NCBI GenBank assembly: GCA_973895155.1
Contig: OZ316892.1
Coordinates: forward strand, 23,510,033 to 23,574,032
Length of the DNA stretch: 64,000 nucleotides
Direction of reading: 5' to 3'
Source: Marsupella aquatica
Lineage: Eukaryota > Plantae > Marchantiophyta
How positions within the stretch are numbered: position 1 is the first letter of the stretch; the number at the start of each line of letters is the position of its first letter. The notes beneath the pieces are model-generated. The model was not told the origin of the DNA, searched no databases, and was given only the letters and a program-made list of their open reading frames with translations. The position numbers and the translations under genes were made by a program. Of the stretch, positions 1 through 12,240 are shown in pieces.

Positions 1-1979
1 AGTAACCTGTAAACTAATTGTCAGTAGAGATGTGTCCTTTAATGAATCCAGATCATCAAAGAAGGGGGAGAGTTCTCAGGACTCCCATACTAACAAGGGA
101 AAATCTCCTATCCCGGACTGGGTTGAGGGGGAGATTAGTCATGATGCTGTTCATGATAGGAGAGATGGAGAAGCTCTGGGCTTGGAGCTGGTTCCTGTGA
201 TGGAACAAGAGGAGCAGATTGTTGCTGGGGTACCTCAAATTCATCCAGCAGCAGCAGCAGATCAACCTGAGTCATCTACTAGAAGAACTTCCAGTCGTTC
301 TACTAGAGCTCCTACCAGGTATGGTCAATGGGCAGACTCATCTAAGCTAGATGATATTGACATTGCACCTGATGAAGATGACATGGCTTTGATCTTGGAA
401 GAAGGCCAGCCTTCTTCGTACAGTGAGGCTTGTGCTTCAGAGCAGAAGCATGAGTGGAATGCAGCAATGCAGAGGGAGTTGCAATCTTTGAGTGACAACA
501 AGACATGGGAGCTGGTGGAGCTTCCAAGAGGTCAGCAAGTGGTGGACAGTAAGTGGATTTACAAGTTGAAGGATAGTCCTTCAGAGGGTGGAGACAAGAT
601 CTACAAGGCAAGGCTTGTTGCCAAGGGATTCACTCAGGAGAAAGAAATGGATTACAATGAGGTCTTTTCACCGGTGGCAAAGTATTCCACAATACGGATC
701 TTGTGTCAGCTTGTTGTGTTTTTTTGGTCTGGTGATGGATCAGATGGATGTTGTTACTGCTTTTCTCTATGGCAACTTGGAAGAGTTGATCTTCATGAGA
801 TAGCCACTAGGCTTTATGAAGAAGGGCCAAGAGAACTTAGTTTGCAGATTGCTCAAGTGCTTGTATGGATTGAAGCAGTCTCCTAGACAGTGGAACAAGC
901 GGTTTGATGATTTCATGCTTGCTCAAGGTTTTACAAGGATGGTGTATGATCCTTGTGTATATACGAAATCAGTCAAGAATGATGTATTTGGTTTCATCAT
1001 TCTGGTGATTTATGTGGATGACATGCTGATTGTGGCTAAAGATCAATCTGAGGTTGACAGTCTCAAGGCAAAATTGAGTGCTGAATTCAGGATGAAGGAT
1101 CTTGGTAAGGCCAAGAGGATCTTAGGGATGGAGATTTTTAGGAACTCTGAGACTGGACAGTTGTGCTTGAGTCAAGGTCAGTATGCGAGGAAAGTACTTG
1201 CACGATTCAACATGGAAAACTATAAGCCAGTGAGTATTCCTTTAGCTTCACATTTCAAGTTATCATCGGCTTTCTCTCCTACGGATGCTGTGGAGAAAGG
1301 TCTGATGGCTAAGATTCCTTATGAGAAGGCAGTAGGCAATCTGATGTATTTGATGACTTGTACTAGGCCTGACTTAGCCCTAGCGATGGGCAAGGTTAGC
1401 AGATTCATGTCAAATCCAGGGAAGGTACACTGGGAAGCTGTGAAATGGATTCTCAGGTATGTGAAGGGAACACAGGACTATGGATTACTATTTGATAACA
1501 GATCAAATAGAACGTTGGTTGGCTATGTAGATTCTGACTATGGAGGCTGTCTGGATACAAGGAGGTCTACAACTGGGTTTGTTTACACTCTTGGAGGAGG
1601 ATGTATCAGTTGGAAATCTACCTTGCAGAAGTGCATATCTCAGTCTACTACAGAAGCAGAGTATGTTGCAGCAGCAGAAGCAGCAAAGGAAGCAATTTGG
1701 TTGGATAAGTTGATCGCGGAGATGGGTTTAGAGCATGGAAAAATGACTCTAAACTGTGATAGTCAGGGTGCTCTTCACTTGGCTGCTAAGCAGGTGATGG
1801 ATAGCAGGGTGAAGCACATTGATATCAGGTACCATTTTATCAGGCAAGCAGTGTTTGATAAAACTTTTGAGCTAGTCAAGATTGATGGAAAGCTCAATCC
1901 CGCTGATGCTTTTACCAAAGTGATTCCTTTGGAGAGTTTCTCAAGACACCGTGCTACTTTGCAGGTTTTGCAGTTGTAG
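1..1979 (+). pseudogene. Disrupted copia pol (RT/RNase H)
   Basis: Extra T in the T-run at ~719-725 relative to copy B causes a frameshift; in-frame TAG at 801-803; ORF pieces 32-886, 588-803 and 816-1979. Confidence 0.92.
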
Positions 1980-2166
1980 TGCAAGTAGAGTTATTTAGCA
2001 ATGTGTGACTATTTGTATATGGATTACTCATAGTTCTAGTTAACCCTTAGTTAACCCTTGTGGTTTTTAGGGGAGACCTGGTTTGGTGATTGTCTAGAAC
2101 TTCCCGCTGAGGATTCCATATGATAGCATTTAGTCCAGTCCCCAAGACAAGAGTCAAGGGGGAGTT

Positions 2167-2510
2167 TGTTAGATATTGCTCTAGTCTTGTGACTCATGAG
2201 CTAACCATAGTTAGTCTAACTCGGGTTAGGACTTAGCTAATGTTAGCGGTAGTGCTGTTGTGCATATAGCCAGGGCTGATGCCAGACCCTGGTGGAACAA
2301 AGGCTCATTGTTATGGAGCTAGTTGAGAGATAGGAAGAGCTTGTGCTGTGGATGCTTGGTATGGCCGGTCGGCCTAGAGTGCAGTAAAGCTCTTGTATGT
2401 TCCCGTGGATGTAGCCTCATGTGGAGGTGAACCACATATCTCTCTGTGTCGACTATTGTGCGTTGGATGATTCATGGGCTTGCCATTACGAATGTCGTCT
2501 ATGCTCAACA
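2167..2510 (+). repeat. 3' LTR of copia copy A (344 bp)
   Basis: TGTTAGATAT...GCTCAACA, matching the LTRs at 24121-24467 and 33831-34174; 3' flank is AGCTC. Confidence 0.95.
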
Positions 2511-5500
2511 AGCTCCTCCAGGGTATAGGTCCTCTCCACTCGTCTGACCTCAGCATCTCTTAATTATAGTGAAGCTGTGTTTTTGTTAACCTAGCCAGAC
2601 ACCTTGGACTTGAGGGTATTACTAAGTGCTTGGTGGAGTCTCCATTGTGCAATTTCTGTGCTGGTGGGAAAATAAACCACTCAAGTTGTGTCAAAAGAGC
2701 ATGCCAAACACAACAGTTTTTGAGTTTTGATTTGAAACACACTGTCTAGCCCCTGCTGGAACTTTTTCCCCAACCGCCGCCACCGCCCCCCCCCCCCCCA
2801 CAGCACACAGAGACACATTACCTGCAACGTTTTAAAAGCTTAAAGAGTCACACTAAAAATTAAGGAATACATTGGACTTCTTACCCTTACTTTTATTCAT
2901 TTGAAATATTCTTGGAATGTTGAATATCTGGTTAAAACAACCTTATCTTTCTTATAAGGCTCAAAATTGGATCTCAAATAACCTATTATTCTGGTAAGGT
3001 CAAAAAGAGATTGGATCTCCACAAAACTTCTTGACAAATCGCAGGTCTTTTGGAAGAAAGCCAATGTTCCCTCAAAAGGCCAAGAATGGCTAGGAATAAA
3101 TAATTTAGAAGCTCTGACTTAAAGCCTGAGCCCAGGGCAACTCCAAAAGCATAGTAGTTACATGCCCTTATAGGTGATGTACCTAACATTGCACATAGGC
3201 AGGGCCACACAGTCAAGAGAAGAGGACGTCTTCCTTTTGTATTGTTGATTCCAAACTCATGTTATCGTACTGAAAACACATGTTTGAATAGATCCTTTGC
3301 ATAATTAGGAATCTCACATGGGCAAAAGGTTCCCTCAAAAAGTAGAAAAAATAAGGAGGATCAAATAATTAGAGTCCTCGAATGTAGTGTTTTCCAGTTA
3401 CAGTAACCTGAAACTGACACCATGTGGATGCATTTCCTCCTGCGAGGCCCAAGGCAACGAGGACATGTGCTGGAACATGATATTCATGTGGACTTAAAGA
3501 TGAACTGCTACAGTATTCTCCTTGCGAACCACGAGCGTTCTCCTCAAACCCAACCGAAAGGTACAATACCAGTGAGAAGACTCTCTTACGTAACGGGTCG
3601 GGCCTTTCTCCAGCATGAGACAACTTCACAAATGAGTCCGTTAAATAGGCCTAAATACAACGTGCCTTTGTGTTCTCATGAATTTTCCCCTGGCAGAGAG
3701 CGTCGATGAGCTGTCTACACAAAATCATTTTAATTCCGATCTATTAATATTGTGTCTCAGTTTATTACCGTTTTTCTTTAGACTTAGTTCCTTCCTGTCT
3801 TTGCAGGCTATTTCTTTCCATAGCTGCCGCAGCCCCGTGTTGGATTCGAACTTGAAGCTGAAATCAATAGGATCAAAACGAAGCGATCCGTGCTTTCTAT
3901 TGTCAATTATCGAGGTTCAATACAAGTTGAAAGAATGTTTTCCTATCGAAAATAAAGGGGAATGTCTGTCTCTCTTTCCTACAAAAGCGAAAAGGAAAAG
4001 GGGGAATAATGTCTGGGCAAAGTTTAAGGGCTACACGTATTTCTCGTCATCGATTGCCGATTCTTCCCGATGACTATTTCATCTTCTGTTGACTTTGCCA
4101 CATGTAATGCAAATGATTGTGCATGGAACGATGATTCGACTTTGAGATCAACATCACATTGTTCAATTGCATAAGATTAAAGGCACCCAGTATCTCCCAC
4201 CAGTGTAGCGGGTATTCCTCGGCTATCCTGATTGAGTGCATGTCTTTAAAATACCTTCGAATATATTTTTGTCTAGTACACGAGTTTGAGCAAAGGTGAA
4301 CTGTTCTGGCCCATCGACTTTCAACTGATTTAGCTCCAAATCTTCTTGGACGTGGTGATCTTACTTCATTTGCTCATAACTTGTCTGTTGCTTTGCTTTC
4401 TCCTTCTGAATTCTGTGCATAGCTGGAGTCAATTCTGTATGGCAATTCAACGTGGACTGGGCACCCGTGTGCACACTCTCCTCCCAAAATTCAACTATCG
4501 CAGTCTGTGTGCAACGACGTATATTATGGCTAGTCTATCAAGCTTCAATCAAGAACAACGAACGAATGCCGTTGTGATCAGACCCAAAAGTATGATCGAT
4601 CGCCAATCCTTCGTGGCTGTAAGCTTGTGAACTTGATGATCACCTCCCCTGAGGCCCTGAAGTTAGGCCCGGAAGCAGATTCCCTGGCCAAGCGTGCGAA
4701 TGCGGATCGCAAATGTTGCGAAAGTTGTGTTGACCAGACGACAGAAGTACGGACCCTGTATGGCATAATTATGCAGTCCCGCTTCATGACTGCGATTCGT
4801 GGAGCTTTCAATTCCCAATTTCCCATGCTCGAGTTTTTTAAGAACTACGCCTACAAGACAAAAAAACCTAAACATGTTTCAGGATGAACATCTCTTCCCG
4901 AGAAAGGGGAGGTTGTGATTAAACTTAGTTATTGTAATACGCAAAACTGAATTTTGGCCACTAAGTTCAAATCACAATTCCGGCCCACTCAGTACAGCGA
5001 GGATACAGCTTTCTCTAGTCAATAAGACAACTCATTAGGATTCACATCCCCTAAAATAGGACTTCTCTCAAATATAACACTTGGGCCCACTAGCCACTCT
5101 CTAACATGACTGTAGCAATAGCCTCATTTGAAATTTGAATCGAAACCTGTAGATATGGACCAACCTTAAATTGGCAAACCGCAAAGTGCATTCGAGTATT
5201 CGACAGAATGTTGCATGGAGGAATCGTCTGCTCAAATCAATGTTTCCTATTCTATTTTTGGGACTGAGCTTAGGTGGCAACTGCCACAAAGGCCCAGGAG
5301 GAGCAGGGCCAGGATTTCTGATAAGTTTTCTACACAAATAGATCTTCCCAAATCTAATGAACTGTAGTGTCGATTCCCGCCTCACCGCATGTCAACTTTT
5401 GGTGAATTTTTACTTAGTGCTATCCCGCCAAAACCTGTCTGGTAAGATTTTGACGGACATTTGCCGAACTGAGGTCAGCTCAAATGGTACGTGCTGTCTA

Positions 5501-5981
5501 AACTAGATTGTAGTGAATCCAAAACTGTTGATGTTATTAAGAATCCGAACTTGCTGGTGTTCTCGTCGTGCCACATTGTCATCGCCCCTGAACCAAGATT
5601 GAAAGCTATCCTAGCCAGAAATTTGCTTGGTGAGACCCCAGGCAAGGAAATCCTCTGTGCTTGGTTGGGCCAAGACTTTCCACACTACTGTACTACTTGG
5701 TGAGATCCCATTTGACCACTTCAGGTACATGTTCTACTACAGTAGTTGGCTGGGCAGGGCTAGTCCTATACTAGTCAGAGACATTAGGGAGTTTCAAGCT
5801 TCAGAGAATGATGATGGCTTTTGCCATAGCTTTTTCACAAGGTGACGTAAAAGTTTTTAATTTTTTTCTGGCTAGCCTGTACAGTGACTTATGGTCATGG
5901 CACTGACAAATCTTTAAGGAAAAAAGTTGTGGATTATGAATTGGGTAGTCCATAACTTTTTCTGTCAGTAACCTTAACTAC

Positions 5982-6050
5982 CCACTTATGGTCCATCAAA
6001 TTTGCCACTTATGGTCCATCAAATTTTCCACTTATGGTCCATCAAATTTG
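5982..6050. repeat. 3 x 23-bp tandem repeat (CCACTTATGGTCCATCAAATTTG)
   Basis: Units start at 5982, 6005 and 6028. Confidence 0.9.
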
Positions 6051-6349
6051 AAGCTTTGAGATGCCCTATTGGAGTTTATGGTCCAGGACATCTGAACCCA
6101 TTAGCTGGACCCAAAGCCAAAGTTTTCTGAGGTGGACAAAAAAATGGTGAGGGCCAGTGTTGTTTGGCCTCTCGTCTGAATAACAGAGTCACTTGGGCTG
6201 CTGGGCAGCAGCTGACTGGACCAGGTGAGAAGTGAGAGTGGGGAAGTGAGTAAGAGTTTAGGGTTTAGGGTTTCCCAACTTGACCCTCTCAATGGCAGCC
6301 AAACCCAACTTGAAACAAAAATGAGGAGATACCCTACTGTGTTTAAGGT

Positions 6350-6427
6350 AAGGCAACTGGATCTCAAAATAATTCTTGATAGGAGCACAAGGCAACTGGA
6401 TCTCAAAATAATTCTTCATAGGAGCAC
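6350..6427. repeat. 2 x 39-bp tandem duplication
   Basis: AAGGCAACTGGATCTCAAAATAATTCTT(G/C)ATAGGAGCAC occurs twice. Confidence 0.9.
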
Positions 6428-7119
6428 CACAGTACATGGGGTTCCACAACTGTCTATATATAACAGTGCGAAAGAGCAAAAGACACCAAACCGGAAGACA
6501 GGATCCCAAAGGCACTAGCGCTGATAAATGGGGGACAAAAAGGGAAAGGTCCATGAAAACCCAAAAGCCAAAGAACCAAAAAAGCCCAAGAGCCAAATGG
6601 CCAGAGGGCCCCATGAACAGCAAAAGAATTATGTACGTGCTTGATTGTGGAACAGTTTGCGTTGTAGTTTTCAAATACTGAACTATGGCCGGTAGGAAAG
6701 GTACACTACTCATAAGAAAGAGGAATCAACTTGCTGAACCTAGCAAAAGAATATAGTAGTGCAGTTGAGCAATGAACCTACGATTCAAATATCTTCAGAT
6801 CTGTTTTTTATATATTTCTAAACACACACCGGGCCACAAGGTCCAAGACAACTTCAACTTAAAAGCCAAACAATCCACTGACAGTAAGTGTGTAATTATT
6901 TGAACTAAATGCTAGTCAAAGTACACAAATGTCATCTGGTCACTAAGATCAATACTTCAATCCACATTACCATGGAAAAGTGCGGCGTATATAAGTGCAG
7001 GACAGCCCTGAGGACGGCCATCTTGGCCCCTAGTATTACAGCAGTTTCCTTTGCAAATGTACAGAAACTACATAAATGCAGATAGACCTCAGTAAAAAAC
7101 CAAATACGGCAACTGTGCG

Positions 7120-7460
7120 ATCAATACATAAGTGCATTATCATCTATAAGTGTACACATACATCCATGTGAAGCATTTATTGATAAGTGCAACAGACATT
7201 ACATACATAATGAGTTTCATGCACTTTTCCAATTGCATAGTGCAGTATGCAGGCTTGGGGTATGAGGAGTTGGATGTATGTGATCTGACAACACATAAAA
7301 GAAAGTGCATGAACTATAATTTCCCATGCACTTATTGGGTAGTGCAATCATCCTCATATGGAGAAGTACATAAAGGAAATCCAGTGCATTTATAACAATG
7401 TGCATATTAAGTTGGATAAGTGCCTGCTTGAGGCGTTTTTCCCAGGAGCGTGCACTTAGA
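7120..7460. repeat. Dispersed AT-rich repeat rich in TAAGTGCA/TGCACTTA motifs (copy 1)
   Basis: Shares GAAGCATTTA(T/C)TGATAAGTG and TGTGA(T/C)CTGACAACACATA blocks with ~17990-18110; boundaries approximate. Confidence 0.55.
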
Positions 7461-8164
7461 ATCGGTACTCTTTGATGTAGAGTGGGTTCTTAAGCTATCT
7501 CCATCCTCACGTGAAAGTCCCAAATGTCTATAAATCTTCTTTCATTGGGAAACAAACTCAGTCCCAAATAACCCTTTGACTTTTGCTGGTTCTATCATAA
7601 TCCCATGACACAAACCATGAAGGAGTGTCCACTTTTGATGTCTGTTTCAAAAGAAAAATCTCGTTGTTCTCAATGACCCATTTATACTCATGTGAGCCAA
7701 TCCAAATCAAGTGGATGGTGTAATGGTTTTAATTTGGATGGAGGGCGTTTTGGGACCATTCAACTTGAGCTGATGAAGGCTAGTGAAAAGAACACCCAAA
7801 CAATGAGTCTGGTGTTTGTCAGCTTTTAACCTCTTTTGCTTTTACAGTGTACTTTGTTTGGCCTCTTTTGGTAAATTATGACGGCTTGTTTTTCTTCAAG
7901 GGTTGAATGTTTGAAGTTTGAAGGTCACAATCTGCCCTTGATGTGAATGTGCAGTAGACAGAAGTTAAACCACTGTTATTCCGTGACCAGGCCCAGTTGA
8001 TCCCAGGGTACCAATAGGTGAAAATTTCATAAGAAAGAAAGAAAACGAGAGAAAGGACATTAAGATTAAGGTTAGATTAGAGTCAGCTAAAATCCAAGGG
8101 GCACGCACAACACATTACTGTCAAGTCCGTACAATTTTAATCTGCAAGTTCAGATTGTTCGTCA

Positions 8165-8580
8165 ATGTTGTTGAATGGGATTTCACAGACTTCCATGGCT
8201 AAATATCTGGTTAAAGTTGTTGAATGGGATTTCAGAGTTCCATGGCTAAATATCTGGTTAAAGTTGTTGAATGGGATTTCAGAGTTCCATGGCTAAATTA
8301 ATGTCAAATTGCTGCTCGAATTGATTGAATGGAACTTCACAGACTTCCATGCCAGTGGAATATCAAACTGCTCGTGGAAGTTGTTGAACGAAATTTGACA
8401 GACTTCCGTGGCGAAAAATCGAATTGCTCTTCGAAGTAGTTGCTTGGAATGTCACAAACTTCTATGGCGAAAAGTCAAGTTGCTCATTGAAGTTGTTGAA
8501 TGGAATTCCACAGACTTCCCTGACGAAACACCAAATTGCTCGTATAAGTTGTTGAATGGGATTTCAAACGTCCATGGCGA
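8165..8580. repeat. Degenerate ~50-58-bp tandem array, about 8 units
   Basis: Recurrent GTTGTTGAATGG(G/A)ATTTCA(CA)GACTTCCATGGC motif. Confidence 0.8.
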
Positions 8581-11500
8581 GAGATCAGAACTCCACGCTC
8601 CACAGAATAGAATATCAACAATTCAGTTGGAAAGCTCCTGCCCCAACCCTCTGACATGGGCTCAGCCTTCCAGGCATCTCGGCGCTGCTTGGTAGGGGTC
8701 TATTTTACTGTGGGCTTTAGTCAGCCTTAATAGATTTTGGAGACTTAGACTCGATTGCGAGCTTTGACCTGGAAAGTCGCAACACGGCATTTACAACAAG
8801 CTCGACGACGACAAGAATTCAAGCCTCACTCCAGCTAGTTGGGGATCGAGAGGCCAAGCTTCAGGACTTTAGTGGGAAAGCACTCGAGCACAACAAATTT
8901 TCGAATAGTAAGTTGGTGAGTGTAATGTTGAGTCTGATGACAAAAACAGAGCTACATGAGCAGTAGTTTTCACAGCTAAAATAGTATTCTATACCGTTTC
9001 GCGCGCACATTGGGTCTATTGGAATCCTATTGCCAATCTTTTCAATTCCTGGCCCTGCCACCTTCATTCAATGCCATGTGACTGACCTCAGTAAAAGCAA
9101 GCTTTGGCTTCGGAAGAAGTGCCGGAACGCACGTAGGGAAGTTAATCTTAATATTCCCACGTTTCCTAAGGTACCAGAGTCCAGAGATCTAGGGAGTAGG
9201 AAGACTGGAAGAGAAACAGATAGAGTTGACCATGGTTACATGATTAATGTTCTTAATGTTCCCTCCTTAGTAATAGTTGTTTCACAGGACATGCTCATAT
9301 ATGAGAGATATGCTTAGTAGACTCCTTTCTGGAAAAAGTTTGCTTCATCAACCCCTTCTATATTTTTCCCCAACCTGAACCTTTGATGGACCTTTCCATC
9401 TCAGATCTGGATCATTGATAGACCTCAGGGGGTCTATCAAATAACAAGTTTCATTTTGGGGGTTGATCAAACAAATACCTCCCTAATATATCTTACTTTG
9501 GAAACTTTGAGCAAATTTTAGTCCTTGGAAATAACATCCTTCACTCACCCTCCTGATACAGTTTTGGCATTTATATTTAAACCCAGAGAAATTACAATTG
9601 CTAGACTTCTGGCAATCATTATTGTATTGGAATTTCTTGACTAGGATGTTCATCAGAAAATAAGGAAGATGTGGATGTGTATATATAGTGGAACCTTCGG
9701 GTTTAGTTTGAACGGGCCGGTTTGCAGCATTGGCTCTCATTGCCACACTGCTGAAAATGGGATCTGGTCTCGGGTTGATTTTGGGGCCATGTCCATGCCG
9801 AACATAACACTGAAGGCGGTTTTGGGGGCTGGTTACATTTGAGCCTCCTCATTTCCTGAAAGTCCAATATTCTTGCACATGACACTTTTTACATTTTAGT
9901 TCCTTGGTTTGATCAAACCTAATTGCAATAAGACTTTCCAGTAAGAGTTGCAGATGCTCTGATAACTTGATGCAATAAAATATTCTAGGTAGAGAAAAAA
10001 TGACTTAAGGCTAGAATATAATTCCTTTCTTTTCATTTTCAAAGTCGTTGTGTACACAAGGACGCTTCACTATATGAAAAATACTCCTTCTAGGTTTGCC
10101 AAATACCCCAAAATTATTTTGTTAACGAGACTCAAACCTTCATATTTATGATTTTTTGCTCCACCCAGAACCAAAATCCTAAAATGAGTTCCGCCAATCT
10201 AGCTAGCTGGCAGTATAGTACTACTAGGGGGTCTCAACAACCAGTTTTTGGCCGCCACTACAACTTAGTCATGGCCTCTGGCAAACAGGGGACAGGCACC
10301 CACAAGGGTGGTCCACAGCTGCCTGTGGATTTAGTCCTGTGACCGTTGCTGTGTAATCTATGCTGGCATGGGTGTCAAGGCTGTTGTCAAAACATATCTC
10401 AAAATTATGTGCCAAACAATAGTTGTGTCCATCATTAAGTGAGGTTGTCCCATTTACAGGGATTCTTTCATGTATGTCAAAAAGTGTCCTTCACAATATT
10501 GAGATCCCTTTACTGGGCTGTGGTACAAGCCAGGGACAGACTCATGCATAGAAGGGGACATTAGGGCCTGTCAAAGTTCTCCTGTAAGCAACAGCTGTGG
10601 ATTTTTGGACATATCATCCTTACACACATAATCCCCCAAAAGTGGGGTTTAGACTCCTCTAGTAACACATAAACTTTTTTTGATTTCACATGGGAATTGG
10701 CTGTTCCAGTTTCAGGTCATATAATCACTATAATCCAAAGGAACTACAGAACAGTTTTAAATAGTTTTAAATAACTAATTACTTGTAGAAGTGAGTATCC
10801 TTATTTTGGTGCTTGTTTTGGTAGCCCGTAGCTATTTTGTCCCCGCCTTAAAATCGCTTTATGTCCTGAGCTTTGACACACCCTAGTTGGTGAATCTACA
10901 GTCCATAGTGGGACGGATGGAAAAACGGGACGATGGACGGAAAGACGGACGGAGACAATGAAACTCGGCACGGACCGGACCGAGCTTGAATATTGCAATA
11001 GGAGTGATTTAGGAGTGATGTGTTTGAGTCTACGAGAGCTGTTTTGAGAGCGAAGTGTGAAAGGGAAATGCGAAGATTGCATTCGTCCTTTCGGAGGTTG
11101 GAGGGCCCACGTTGGATATCGTGGATCCATGGGCTGGGCTGGCCGACCGCACTGCATTCAAGTTGTCGTCAGGACCGATCTTCACCTCACTTCTCCGCTT
11201 CCGTGTTGCTGGCTGCATTTTGCATGGCTGCTATAATGTAAAGCAAAGCTCTCGGTACGCTGCAGTGGAAGAATTGAAGCTGCATGCCAAGAAGAGATTG
11301 AAGAGACCAACAACTCCATTGCGCTTTTTGGATCTCTTGGTGTCCCCTTGTCTATTTGTCTTGCCCCTTTCGTGCCTCTTTCTTCTTCCGTTTTCTTCCC
11401 AGTTCTTCAGTCTCCGCACGCTTTCAGCAGCTTGGGTTGTTTTCGATCGATTCCCTCCCTGGGAACTCGGGCCCAACAGACATCGTATCGTAGACGATCA

Positions 11501-12240
11501 CCAGCGTGAGGGCACGCTGATTCCGCATACGATGTCGTAATACCGAAAAAGAGAGAGCGGGGGGAGGTAGTCAGATCTAGAGCACCATAGCTCACTTCGG
11601 TGGCATTCACAGATGTCATCGGATTGGACCGATGATCCTCTTGAAGTGCGTGAAGTAAGGGGTTTGCGGAGCGCTTTGGGCATCAATGGCTGCAGGTCTC
11701 ATGTGGAATTCTGTCCAGAATTCGGTTATCATTGTACTGACGGCCAACGCTGGCGATGAAGCCACTACGGTGAGAGAGAGAACGACGTACTGCTTCTGAT
11801 TTATAGATTTATTGACGATTTGAAATTGAGATTTTTGATAGATATAGCCATGGTGTGCATCAAGGGGAGCGTCAAGGAGTAATGTCGTGACAGGGACCTG
11901 CCCCAGTGTAGCGAAGTAGTCGACATTATTTGGTCTCGGTGCTGAAGCAAGGTGATTTCCTTGCTGCATGCAGCTATCGACATTCGATACTGTATAGATT
12001 TATTTTTTCCCTCTTGAATTTGGTTTGCCAAAAAATGGGGAACACGGAAGTTCCCGTGACGAGAGTGAGAGTTCTACTCAGGAGCATTGTTAAAGATCTC
12101 TGAAATTTTGTCGATCAGTCGCAAGAGTGGCAAAGACCTGCATGGAACGCCCTCAATCTTGGCACATGCTGCTTTCGACCCGGGGAGGAGGACCGAAGGT
12201 GGCTGGAGGAGCCCTTGGGGGTTCCCCGATCTCCTCGAAG

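Larger units (their letters stand above)
1..2510 (+). mobile_element. Ty1/copia LTR retrotransposon copy A, 3' portion (integrase tail, RT, RNase H, PPT, 3' LTR); 5' part lies outside the window
   Basis: Copia RT motifs YKARLVAKGF, QMDVVTAFLYG, YVDDML and RNase H motifs GYVDSDY, STTEAEY, KHIDIRYHF. PPT AAGGGGGAG precedes an LTR (TGTTAG...CAACA). Highly similar and colinear with 31647-34174. Confidence 0.97.

Noticed and set aside
3369-5845. Short ORFs between copia A and the repeat region
   Set aside because: No homology recognisable by eye; lengths are compatible with chance.
9338-9475. Imperfect hairpin (TTGATAGACC...GGTCTATCAA core) as a miRNA or MITE
   Set aside because: Only a 10-bp perfect stem, asymmetric arms and no TSD.
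12127-12240. GTG start of the 925-aa ORF track call
   Set aside because: Non-ATG start; the OFP N-terminal motif begins at ATG 12241.
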